From NCBI GenBank assembly GCA_964491475.1, contig CAZBFO010000001.1, positions 263,538 through 327,537 of the forward strand: DNA of 64,000 nucleotides, in the 5' to 3' direction. Below are positions 9,097 to 17,554 of this stretch, in pieces (position 1 is the first letter of the stretch; every line of letters begins with the position of its first letter). This stretch comes from an uncultured Gammaproteobacteria bacterium (GTDB lineage Bacteria > Patescibacteriota > Patescibacteriia > SG8-24). A model generated the notes under the pieces. That model was not told where the DNA came from, did not search any database, and saw only the letters and a list, made by a program, of their open reading frames with translations. The position numbers were made by a program, and so were the translations under genes.

Positions 9097-10467
9097 TCAC
9101 GGTTTCCGGAGGAAAAGCTTGTGCTTGGCGGTGGGTCCGACCGAGACGACGGCCACCGGCCTTCCCAAACCTTCGTCGCTCTCGAGAAAGCGGATGAACG
9201 CCTGGGCGTTCTTCGGCAGGTCTTCGAACCGGCTCACGAGATTGATGTCCTCTTTCCAACCCGGCAACGCCTGATACGTCGGACGGCACGATGCGACTCG
9301 TCCTCGCAGCAGTGCGCCCGAAGTCGTGACGTTCCCGAGCGAGCGCAGGCTCTGCGCCGCGTTCTCGTCACGGTACTCGACGCAGACGTTGACCGTTTCC
9401 AATCCCGACAGCCTGTCGAGACCGGTGACGGCCAAACCGTCGACGCCGCCGTTCATGGCGATGGCGTAGCGCAGCGCCGGAAGGTCCAGCCAACCGACGC
9501 GGAAGACCCCCTGCCAGCGGTTGTGACGGTTGTTGGCGTCGTCGAAGCGCTCGCGCAGCGACTCGTCCTCGGTGGGGAACGGTCCGTTGCCGTGCCGGTG
9601 GCCGTAGGCGCGGAGGATGCCGAGCTTGTACGGCGGGTGAACGAAGACTTCCCTGATCAGGCGGACGGCGTTTGCCGCCGTCGTGTCCGACTTGGTGACG
9701 TGCGGAACGAATCCGCGCCGCCGGTCGAGCAGCGCGCCCTGCGCCCCCTCGAAGATGACCGCGTCCCTCTCGGTGAGAGAGCGACGCAAGGCGTGCCCGT
9801 CGTCCACGCGCAGGCCGGAGTCGCGGAGAATCGCGCGGTATTGCGAGGCCATCTGCTCGGCGCTGGCCTTGTCGCCCAGCCAACCGAGCATGCGCTTCGT
9901 TTCGGCGGGATCGACGTCGAGCGCCAGGGCACCCATCTGCGCCAGCTTGACGTCCATCAGCCGCCGCAACTTGGCGACGGCAGCGGACGACAGCAAGTCG
10001 CGCACGCGCACCGACAGGCCTTCTTCGCCGTCGACGACGGTTTCGCCGACGCCCATGCCGCAGGAGCCGTTGGCTTTTGCGCCCCGGGCCATCTCGCGCA
10101 TCTGCCCGACGAACTTCTGATACGGCGTCACTACCAGGCAGTCCGGATCGACCGTCAGCCGCGACAGCGGCGAACGGACGCCCTTCAATGCCAGCGCCTC
10201 GGCTTCGGCCTCGAGCGCCTTCAGGTCCAGCAGCATGTGCCGAGACAGGAAGGTGTTCGAGGTGCGCACCAGGCTGCCCGCGCCGAACTGCGCGAAGCAA
10301 TGCCAGCGGCCGTCGGCGGTGACCACGTTGTGTCCCGCCTGCGCGCCGCCGTTGTAACGGACCACGGTCGAGGATCGGCGGCGACGCGCCAGCGCGTCGA
10401 CCACGGTCCCCTTCCCTTCGTCACCGAACCCGAGCCCGGCGACGATTACTGCCCTATGCGTTTTCAT
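9097..10467 (-). CDS. Divergent adenylosuccinate synthetase (PurA)-family protein
   Basis: GLGFGDEGKG, GGAQAGHNV, FEGAQG, GPFPTE, GWLD, SVGP present; aspartate-binding GATTGR loop replaced by NRWQGVFR. Confidence 0.9.
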   Translation of the reverse strand: MKTHRAVIVAGLGFGDEGKGTVVDALARRRRSSTVVRYNGGAQAGHNVVTADGRWHCFAQFGAGSLVRTSNTFLSRHMLLDLKALEAEAEALALKGVRSPLSRLTVDPDCLVVTPYQKFVGQMREMARGAKANGSCGMGVGETVVDGEEGLSVRVRDLLSSAAVAKLRRLMDVKLAQMGALALDVDPAETKRMLGWLGDKASAEQMASQYRAILRDSGLRVDDGHALRRSLTERDAVIFEGAQGALLDRRRGFVPHVTKSDTTAANAVRLIREVFVHPPYKLGILRAYGHRHGNGPFPTEDESLRERFDDANNRHNRWQGVFRVGWLDLPALRYAIAMNGGVDGLAVTGLDRLSGLETVNVCVEYRDENAAQSLRSLGNVTTSGALLRGRVASCRPTYQALPGWKEDINLVSRFEDLPKNAQAFIRFLESDEGLGRPVAVVSVGPTAKHKLFLRKP

Positions 10468-10573
10468 GGACCCCTCTCTTTGCAAGGTGCTGCTCCCTGA
10501 TGGTCGCCGAAAACCGACCGAAAGTCAACCGTGCGCGTACGAAAAACCCGCGCCGTAAGGACGCGGGAAGTCT

Positions 10574-11569
10574 TCAGATGCGGCCGCGCTTGGTCTTCTT
10601 GCGCGAGCCCGTCGCCGGAGCGGCAGCGTCGTCGGCCGCCTCGGCCTCCGCGCGCACGCGCTTCCGGGTCTTGCGGCCCTGCGGCGCGATGGCCGTGAGC
10701 TGCTGCAGCGCCGTCCGGACCTCGGCGACGCGGTCGTCGCTCTGGGCCTTGTCTCGCTTGGTCCTCATGTCCTCGCAGTATTCGTCGAGCGTACGGCTGC
10801 CGGTCATGACGGCGAAGATGCCGAGCGTGACGTCGGCCACGGCCTTGTCGCTGTCGAGCACGATGACGCGCTCCGGACCGACCATGCCACGCCACTGTTC
10901 GACGACGCCGGACCTCTCGTTGCCGCCATGCGAGGCGTAGATCAGGAAGACGTTGCCCTGGAACTTCTCCAGGAGCTCCTTGAACACCTGCGCGGCCCCG
11001 ACGGTCTCGTGCGTACCGCCGAAGTGCCTGGCCAGATCCTCGCGATCGAGCGTCTCACGCATCGGTTCGTCGCCGGTCATCAGGAAGAACGGCGCGACCG
11101 CTTTGGGCATCTCGCAATAACGGGCGTAGAAGTAGGCGGTGAACTCGTAGGATTCGCCGCCGTTGCCGCCGCCGTTGCCTTCGAGCCAGATGCGTTCCAG
11201 CCAGCTGTCGAGCTTCCTGACCTCGGAGAAATCGCCGATCTGGATAGGCGCCTGGTCGCACTCGATGTCGCCGACAGCTGCCAGGCTGACCTCGGGATCT
11301 TTGATGTAGCCGTTCTCGACGATCTGTCCGGCGATCAGGGGCATCTTGTCGTAGATGATCTTGGGCAAGTTGCCCATCGAGCCGGTCTCGTCGAAAGCGT
11401 AGACGACGGGGTTCTCGGCCTCGCTGACCAGCTTCCTGCCCTTGGGGTCCAGACCGCTGTTCATGAACGTGCGCGAGAGCTTCTCCTCGGCCTGTCGCGA
11501 CACGCCTGCCGAGGTCGTTGCGTAACCGTCGGTCGTGTCACGGTCGTAATATGAACCTCCACCGCCCAT
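10574..11569 (-). CDS. vWA (MIDAS) domain protein
   Basis: FDETGSM (DxTGS MIDAS variant), AVGD, EGNGGGNGGESYE, MTGDE; MGGGGS N-terminus after an AGGAGG SD. Confidence 0.8.
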   Translation of the reverse strand: MGGGGSYYDRDTTDGYATTSAGVSRQAEEKLSRTFMNSGLDPKGRKLVSEAENPVVYAFDETGSMGNLPKIIYDKMPLIAGQIVENGYIKDPEVSLAAVGDIECDQAPIQIGDFSEVRKLDSWLERIWLEGNGGGNGGESYEFTAYFYARYCEMPKAVAPFFLMTGDEPMRETLDREDLARHFGGTHETVGAAQVFKELLEKFQGNVFLIYASHGGNERSGVVEQWRGMVGPERVIVLDSDKAVADVTLGIFAVMTGSRTLDEYCEDMRTKRDKAQSDDRVAEVRTALQQLTAIAPQGRKTRKRVRAEAEAADDAAAPATGSRKKTKRGRI

Positions 11570-11655
11570 GGTGGCCTCCTTTGCGTAGTTTGCTTCGGGC
11601 TTGCCGAAAACCATTTCGGCACCGCCACTGTAGTGCTTTTCTGCCGATTGTCAAT

Positions 11656-11807
11656 GACACTCCCCGGGCCAAGGCCCGGGGTTTCTTTACCAAGCTGCTG
11701 CGGCAGCCGCCCCGCGCCGTCCCGAAGCGCCGGAGCCGGACGCGCGCCTGCCCGGACGACGCGGGTCGGGCCAGAGGAACTCCCGGGCTTACGCCCGGGG
11801 TTTTCCG
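11656..11807 (-). mobile_element. Non-autonomous IS200/IS605-like palindromic mini-element (candidate)
   Basis: Two related GC hairpins (11662-11681 and 11782-11799) at the ends of a non-coding ~150-bp segment flanked by a GTCAAT direct repeat (11650-11655, 11808-11813). Confidence 0.6.
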
Positions 11808-11850
11808 GTCAATAAAAAAGACGGACGAGAACCGTCCGTCTGCATTCGGG

Positions 11851-12339
11851 TCAGCGCGACAGCAGCCGCGTCAGGCCCAACCACGAGGCGATGCGTCGCC
11901 ACAGCGCCCGCCACCAGCTCTCATCGGCGCCGAAGAACCGCCGAATCTCCACTTCCGCCTCTTCGGGCTTTTCGGACGCGTGGACGACGTTCTCCACTGC
12001 GCCGTTCGGCAAGCACCTGCCGAAGCGGGCGCGCAAGGTATGCGGCGCCGCCTTGGCCGGGCTGGTGACGCCGACCAATTCGCGCACTCTTGCGACGGCT
12101 TCGGGCCCTTCGACTTCCATGATCACCACTGGCCCGCGAGTCATGTAGTTGCACAGGCCGGGAAAAAACGGCTTGTCGGCATGATGCGCGTAATGTTCGG
12201 CGACGACTTCGCGCTTAAGCACGGCCTTTCGCCGGCGGTTGATCCGCAACCCGAGGTCCGTCAGCTCGTTCGCCACCGTGGCCTCGAGGCGCTTCTCGAC
12301 GCCGTCAGGCTTGAGAATCACCAATGTTCGTTCTTCCAA
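11851..12339 (-). CDS. ndk: Nucleoside diphosphate kinase
   Basis: ERTLVILKPDG, HYAHHADKPFF, NVVHAS catalytic His; TTG start after AGGAGG. Confidence 0.93.
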   Translation of the reverse strand: MEERTLVILKPDGVEKRLEATVANELTDLGLRINRRRKAVLKREVVAEHYAHHADKPFFPGLCNYMTRGPVVIMEVEGPEAVARVRELVGVTSPAKAAPHTLRARFGRCLPNGAVENVVHASEKPEEAEVEIRRFFGADESWWRALWRRIASWLGLTRLLSR

Positions 12340-13024
12340 TGAGCACCTCCTGTCGTGCGTAGTGTTTGGCGTAGGCTGCCGCGCATTCCGACGATCGCTG
12401 GGGGCCGAATGCGGCCAGCAGAGTGCGCAGCGCCGGCCGGTCCGCGGCAGGATCGTTTCCTTCGGCGACTTCGCCCAGATCCCAGCCGACGTCCACGTAG
12501 CGCAGCGTACCGTCGGCCAGCACCATCAGGTCCGCGACGAAGTTAAGCGGACGGGCTCCCCGCGCGTCCAGGATGGCCGCTATCGCGGCCGGACCCTCGA
12601 CGTCGTGATGCGCCATCGGCGCCAACGGCCTGCCGATCAGCAGTTCCATGTAGATGGTACCGTCGTCGTGCCCGTAGACGAAGGGCGTGGGTATCCCCCA
12701 CCGCACCAGTAAACGCAGCCTTTCGACTTGCGTCACGACAGCCTTTCGCGACTGCGAAACGCCGAAGCCGGCGATAATCGCCTTCGCGTACGCGTGTCGC
12801 TCGACTGTACCGCCGCGGCCCTCGACGGTGACGCAAAACGCGGCACCGTACGATTCGCCGCCCATGCGGACGAAGGCGCTGTCCTCGCGGTAGCCGAGCA
12901 TGCGCTCGCCGGCGGCGATCACGCCGCATCCGCGAAGCGCGGCCTCGACGTCAGCGCGTGCGCCGGCGTTGCCGCTTACCGGCGTGCCGCCGATGATGGC
13001 GTGCTTACCAAGTACCTGCAGCAT
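12305..13024 (-). CDS. Hypothetical protein with protein-kinase-like (Bud32/RIO/Kdo-like) features
   Basis: YAK (Lys strand), GIPTPFVYG, IYMELLIG, YVDVG (DFG-like); GGAGG SD; overlaps ndk start by 35 nt. Confidence 0.55.
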   Translation of the reverse strand: MLQVLGKHAIIGGTPVSGNAGARADVEAALRGCGVIAAGERMLGYREDSAFVRMGGESYGAAFCVTVEGRGGTVERHAYAKAIIAGFGVSQSRKAVVTQVERLRLLVRWGIPTPFVYGHDDGTIYMELLIGRPLAPMAHHDVEGPAAIAAILDARGARPLNFVADLMVLADGTLRYVDVGWDLGEVAEGNDPAADRPALRTLLAAFGPQRSSECAAAYAKHYARQEVLIGRTNIGDSQA

Positions 13025-13121
13025 CTCTCCTCCGTGGCGGAACTGTAAGCGTTCAGTCCGCAAAGTCAAGCCGCGCGGCAAAGAAAAATCCGCCCCCGAA
13101 CGGGGACGGATGCGTTCTCGC

Positions 13122-14948
13122 CTAGGCGGCCGCGATGGCCGACGGTGGCAGGATCTTGCGGTCGACCAACCGCGCCAGCACGCCGTCGAAGTCGCGGACC
13201 AGCCCGCGCTGCCGGATGCCGGCGATGATCTCGCCGATGTGCGGCGGGAGCAGCCTGCGCGATGAGCATTCCAGCAGGCCGGCGACGGTCATGCCGTCGA
13301 TCTCGGTCATGTTGTTGCTGGGAATGAAGTCGCGCACGGCCTCGTGCAGCGCCTCGGCATCGACTGCCTTCTTGCCTTGTTCGTCGGCGAAACGGAAGGA
13401 ACCCAGCACCACCGCCTCGATGTCCGCGCCGGACAGTCCGGCGCTGCAGTCGGCGAACTCCTTGAAGTCCTTGATGCCCGACGGCACCGCGTGCCGCTTG
13501 AACATCACCTTGAAGATGAGCGAGCGCTCGGTCTCCGAAGGCATCGGCATCAGGATGCGCTCGTCGCTGCGGCCGCTGCGCTTGAGCGCCGCGTCCATGC
13601 GGTCCGGACGGTTGGTGCAGTTGATGACGATGACCTTGCCGCGGATTCGGGGATCCGAGAGCAGTTCCATCCACATCTTCATCAGCCGTTCGGAGACGCC
13701 GGAGTCGCCCTTGAGCGAGTCGCGGCCGGCTTCGGCCAGGTCGGCCTCGTCGTTCATCACGACCACCGGCGCCAGCGAGCGCAGTCCCGCGATGAACTTC
13801 TCCATGCGGGCCTCGGACTCGCCGTTCCACATCGACCGGATGCTTTTCGTCTTCACGAAGTTGAACCCGGCCTCCTTGGCCAGCGCTTCCACGATGGCGG
13901 TCTTGCCGGTGCCGGGCGGGCCCATCAGGGTCACGCCCATCGGTACCAGCCGGTTTTCGCCCTCGCGGATGGCCTTGAGCACGCCGCGGAAGTAGGTCTT
14001 GATGTGCTCGTGGCCGCCGATGTCCTCCAGCCCGCGTTCCGGCTCGATCACTTCCATGACGTCGCCGTACTCGTTGTTGAGCATCTCGCGCTTTTTGTCC
14101 TTGACGAAGCGGAGGCTCAAAGGGGCGTCGGCTGCTTTGGCGTTCTGGAACAGCTCGGCGATCTGCCGCAGGCTCATGCCTTGGCAGGCGCGGGCCATCA
14201 CGGCGACATCGAGCCCCGACTTGCCTTTGCGGAGGCTGTCGTCGATGCGCACTTTTTCCTTGGCGCTGCGCACCGTCCAGGTGATGAATGCCGCGCGCTC
14301 GGCGTACTCGGGCTTCGGGATGAAGACCGTGCGCACCTCGCTGTCCGGCAGCCGCAGTTCCTGCGACATCTTGGAGGCCTGATCGGTGAACAGCAGCACC
14401 ACGGAGCCGTTGGCACGGACCTTGGTGCTTCGCGCCCAGATGCGGATGCGCTCCACGATGGCCCGTTCGTTGGGCGGCGGCGGAATGCCGTTGCCGGTGA
14501 ACGGCGCCACGGTATGGGCCGACTCGACAATCAGCACCGACTCATCGACGCGGCGCAGCGCCTTCTCGATCAGCGGGAAGCAGGCTTCGGGCTCGCGCGG
14601 CAGTCCGCGCTTGGCCGCCAATCCCGCCTTCGCTGCCGCGACCGCGTCGCCGCCGGAAGCCTTGGCGTCATCGATGTCCGCGACCTTGCGGAACAGCTTG
14701 TCCATTTCGGGACGCTGCGTCCACAGGCCAGGGGCGATGTTGTAATGCATCATCAGCTCGCGCTCGTCGAAGACCTTCTCGAGGAAGCGCCGGATGGGCA
14801 CGTACTCCTCTTCAGGCTCGTCGTCCGCGTCGGGATTCCGAACCAGGCAGTTGATGTCGCCGTGCACGATGAAGACCGAAGCGAGTCCGGACTTCAGCGG
14901 TCCGGCGAACTCGCGCGTGAACCACTCGGGCATTTCGTCTGCGCTCAT
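13122..14948 (-). CDS. AAA+ ATPase (degenerate N-terminal plus active C-terminal AAA module)
   Basis: GPPGTGKT, MWNGESE pore loop, NDEAD Walker B, TNRPDRMDAALKRSGR second region of homology. Confidence 0.9.
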   Translation of the reverse strand: MSADEMPEWFTREFAGPLKSGLASVFIVHGDINCLVRNPDADDEPEEEYVPIRRFLEKVFDERELMMHYNIAPGLWTQRPEMDKLFRKVADIDDAKASGGDAVAAAKAGLAAKRGLPREPEACFPLIEKALRRVDESVLIVESAHTVAPFTGNGIPPPPNERAIVERIRIWARSTKVRANGSVVLLFTDQASKMSQELRLPDSEVRTVFIPKPEYAERAAFITWTVRSAKEKVRIDDSLRKGKSGLDVAVMARACQGMSLRQIAELFQNAKAADAPLSLRFVKDKKREMLNNEYGDVMEVIEPERGLEDIGGHEHIKTYFRGVLKAIREGENRLVPMGVTLMGPPGTGKTAIVEALAKEAGFNFVKTKSIRSMWNGESEARMEKFIAGLRSLAPVVVMNDEADLAEAGRDSLKGDSGVSERLMKMWMELLSDPRIRGKVIVINCTNRPDRMDAALKRSGRSDERILMPMPSETERSLIFKVMFKRHAVPSGIKDFKEFADCSAGLSGADIEAVVLGSFRFADEQGKKAVDAEALHEAVRDFIPSNNMTEIDGMTVAGLLECSSRRLLPPHIGEIIAGIRQRGLVRDFDGVLARLVDRKILPPSAIAAA

Positions 14949-14957
14949 CGGTGCTCC

Positions 14958-15638
14958 TTACTTGCGTCCATGTTGCTTGAGGAAGTGCCCGTGCACCGCC
15001 CCTTCCGGAATGGGACTGCCGCTCTGACGGGTGGACTGCACGTCTATGCGCACGCCCAACCGTTGCGACAGCGCCAGGAACTTGTCGCGCATGGCGTCGA
15101 CCTCCTTCTTGGAGGCGAAGTGCTCGAACAGCATCGTCGTCTCCGCTCCCGGGTCGAGCGTGACGCGCAGGTACTCGTGCACCTGCGACGTCCCGTGCTT
15201 CTCCCCCTCGAGCATCAGCACCTCGCGCCCGTCGACCTTGCTGACGGTGACTTGCGTCTCGAAGTCGAGCAGCTTGGCCACGATGGCCAGCACCTCGACC
15301 TGCCAGCGCCGGGACACCTTGTCGACGGCCTTTTCGACGCGCCGCTTTTCGGTGTCGTTGCGGCAGGTGGCGTCGACGGTCAGGCCGCCGGCGTCGACGC
15401 CAAAGCGCGCGCCCGGCACCTGACCCTTCTGCGCCAGTGCGGCATCGAGCGCCTGCTGCAGCAACGGCCCGATATCCAGCTCGCCGATCCATTCGACGAA
15501 GGCCCGGTCATCCTGACCGATCAGCTGCAGCAGCTCCGCGTCGACTTGCGGCGCGGCGTAACGCTTCTTGAGCGTCATCGGTTGCGGCACGGGAACGTCC
15601 ACGCGCGAGTAGCTCTTGAAGCCGAGATCGCAAGGCAT
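14958..15638 (-). CDS. Hypothetical AAA-associated protein (possible DUF1257/DUF2997-like fusion)
   Basis: 226-aa ORF with AGGAG SD, 9 nt upstream of the AAA gene; resemblance to these families judged by eye only. Confidence 0.6.
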   Translation of the reverse strand: MPCDLGFKSYSRVDVPVPQPMTLKKRYAAPQVDAELLQLIGQDDRAFVEWIGELDIGPLLQQALDAALAQKGQVPGARFGVDAGGLTVDATCRNDTEKRRVEKAVDKVSRRWQVEVLAIVAKLLDFETQVTVSKVDGREVLMLEGEKHGTSQVHEYLRVTLDPGAETTMLFEHFASKKEVDAMRDKFLALSQRLGVRIDVQSTRQSGSPIPEGAVHGHFLKQHGRK

Positions 15639-15711
15639 GCGGAACTCCTTTGTGATTGACTGTGCAATGGGAAGGAACAGCGCTGTAAACCTACATTTTT
15701 CCTACGGAAAG

Positions 15712-16012
15712 TCAATCGCCTCCCGTCGCTGAAAAAAGGCTATTCAACTTGGCCAGCGTCCGCTTTCCCGCATAACCCGGCTCGCCCGTTATGCCGTATC
15801 GTTTCTGAAAGGCGGCCAACGCCGACGAAGTGCACCTGCCGAAGCCGCCTCCGCGCGGGCAGTCATGCCTGTTCTTTCCCGTGGGCGGAAACAGGCCGTC
15901 GGCGGCCAGCCGACGGCACCGGTTCGACGCGGCGCTGCAACGGCAAATATGTCCCGCCAAGAATGCCGGCGGACAGGAGCAGCGCGCCGATGATGGTGCT
16001 TTCCTTCTTCAT
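15712..16012 (-). pseudogene. Frameshifted/internally deleted peptidoglycan-binding-domain protein remnant
   Basis: Signal-like start MKKESTIIGALLLSAGILGG (ATG 16012) is out of frame with the downstream FGRCTSSALAAFQKRYGI...GYAGKRTLAKLN (PG_binding_1-like) segment. Confidence 0.6.
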
Positions 16013-16048
16013 GGAAAGCTCGAACTCACTATACCATCTCCGACAGAC

Positions 16049-16079
16049 GAAAAACGGGCGTGCAGAGCGCCCGTTTTTC
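16049..16079. terminator. Intrinsic terminator with symmetric A/T tails
   Basis: GAAAAACGGGCG-TGCAGAG-CGCCCGTTTTTC. Confidence 0.75.
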
Positions 16080-16099
16080 TTTCGCGTTTTTCGTTTTGG

Positions 16100-17389
16100 T
16101 TAGGGAGCCGTGGTGACGGTCGCGACGTTGGAAATCGCGGCGACGTTGGCGGCGTTGTCGGTGGCCTTGATGGCGAAGTAGTAGGCGGTGTTGGCGGTCA
16201 GGCCGGAAACCGTCATCGACTGCACCGTGCCCGCGACGGCCGGAGCCGGCTCGCCGGTCACTGCGGCAGCGGAACCGAAGTTGGCGGCGGTGATGACCGA
16301 GGTCGAGTAGCGGACGTCGTACGAGCTGGCCGTACCGACGTTGCCGTCGTCGCCGGGAGCGCTCCAGTTGAGGTTCACGGCAGACGAGGTGACGTTCGAA
16401 AGCGACAGGTCGGAAACGGCGGCGGGAGCGATGGTGTCCGCGGCAGCCATCGTGGCGGTACTGACGACGTTGGACAGCGCCGAGAGGTTGGCAGCGTCAT
16501 CCGAAGACTTGATGGCAAAGTAGTAGGTGGTGCTCGATGCGAGACCGGAAACGGTCATCGACTGCGAGGTGCCGGCGGCGGACGGAACCGGCTCGCCGAT
16601 GACTGCGGCTGCCGAGGCGAAGTTCGCGTCAGTGATTGCCGAGGTCGAGTAGCGGACGTCGTACGAAGCGACCGTGCCCATGGAGGCGTCGTCACCCGAG
16701 GAGGTCCAGTTGAGAATCACCGAGGACGAAGTGACGCCGGAGAGCGAAAGGTCGGTGATGGCACCGGGAAGGATCGTGTCCGAAGCCGGAGGAACGGTCG
16801 TACCGCAAGCGGCGGTGGCGGCTTGCAGGTCGGCAATCGCCTTGGCCCTGGCGGCATCCTTAGCCGAGGCGGCCGCTTCCTTGGCCGAAGCCCACGCGGC
16901 GCGAGTCGACCTCACCGAAAAGCCCCAGGCCTTGTTCGCCGACTTCCTGGCCGACAGGTAGGCCGACCAGGCGGTCGCGCCCTTGTCGCTGGCAAGGAAG
17001 GTGGCGCGCGCCGAGAGGCGAGCGCTCGTACGCGTCTGGGTGGCGGCAGCAACCGCGTTCAGATAAGCGGTGCGAGCCGTCGCCAAGGCGTCATTGTAGG
17101 CGTCCTCGGCCAAAGTCATGGCGTTCTTCTTGGCGGTTTTGGCGGCATCGAGGCAGGCGGAGTCGGAGTCGGAGTCGGAATCAGAAGACTCGTCGTCCGA
17201 ACCATGCAGGAACCAGCCCAAGTGCAGGCCGCGATCCTCATGTTCGCCCTCGCCCTCTTCCGAGGACTGGTGTTTGTCTTTTCCATTACCGTGACCACGG
17301 CCCTCGCCGTTGCCGTGGGCATAGGCCGGGATGGCCATCGTGGCGAACAACAGCGCCGAAGCCGTCGCCTGCATCAGACGATTACGCAT
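16100..17389 (-). CDS. Secreted protein with Ala-rich coiled coil and two fibronectin type III domains
   Basis: Signal peptide (AYA-H), His/Glu-rich and DS-repeat segment, two ~114-aa repeats (LNWxxxGDD...YDVRYS...TVSGL...YYFAIK). Confidence 0.88.
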   Translation of the reverse strand: MRNRLMQATASALLFATMAIPAYAHGNGEGRGHGNGKDKHQSSEEGEGEHEDRGLHLGWFLHGSDDESSDSDSDSDSACLDAAKTAKKNAMTLAEDAYNDALATARTAYLNAVAAATQTRTSARLSARATFLASDKGATAWSAYLSARKSANKAWGFSVRSTRAAWASAKEAAASAKDAARAKAIADLQAATAACGTTVPPASDTILPGAITDLSLSGVTSSSVILNWTSSGDDASMGTVASYDVRYSTSAITDANFASAAAVIGEPVPSAAGTSQSMTVSGLASSTTYYFAIKSSDDAANLSALSNVVSTATMAAADTIAPAAVSDLSLSNVTSSAVNLNWSAPGDDGNVGTASSYDVRYSTSVITAANFGSAAAVTGEPAPAVAGTVQSMTVSGLTANTAYYFAIKATDNAANVAAISNVATVTTAP

Positions 17390-17554
17390 AAAAATGAGGC
17401 TAATCGATTAAGTTACGCCTAGTTTGACGGCCATATCGGCCGCTTCTTACTAGCCGATTCCCCTCTTCTTGCGCAAAACGTTTTTTTCTTGCATGCTGAC
17501 CGGTGCAAATCGAAAAGCGCTCCTTGACCGAAAACCCCAAAACGGAGAGTACCG

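Noticed and set aside
9097-10467. PurZ (Z-genome) gene
   Set aside because: Retains Asp in GDEGKG (PurZ has Ser); no dATPase, MazZ or phage polymerase nearby.
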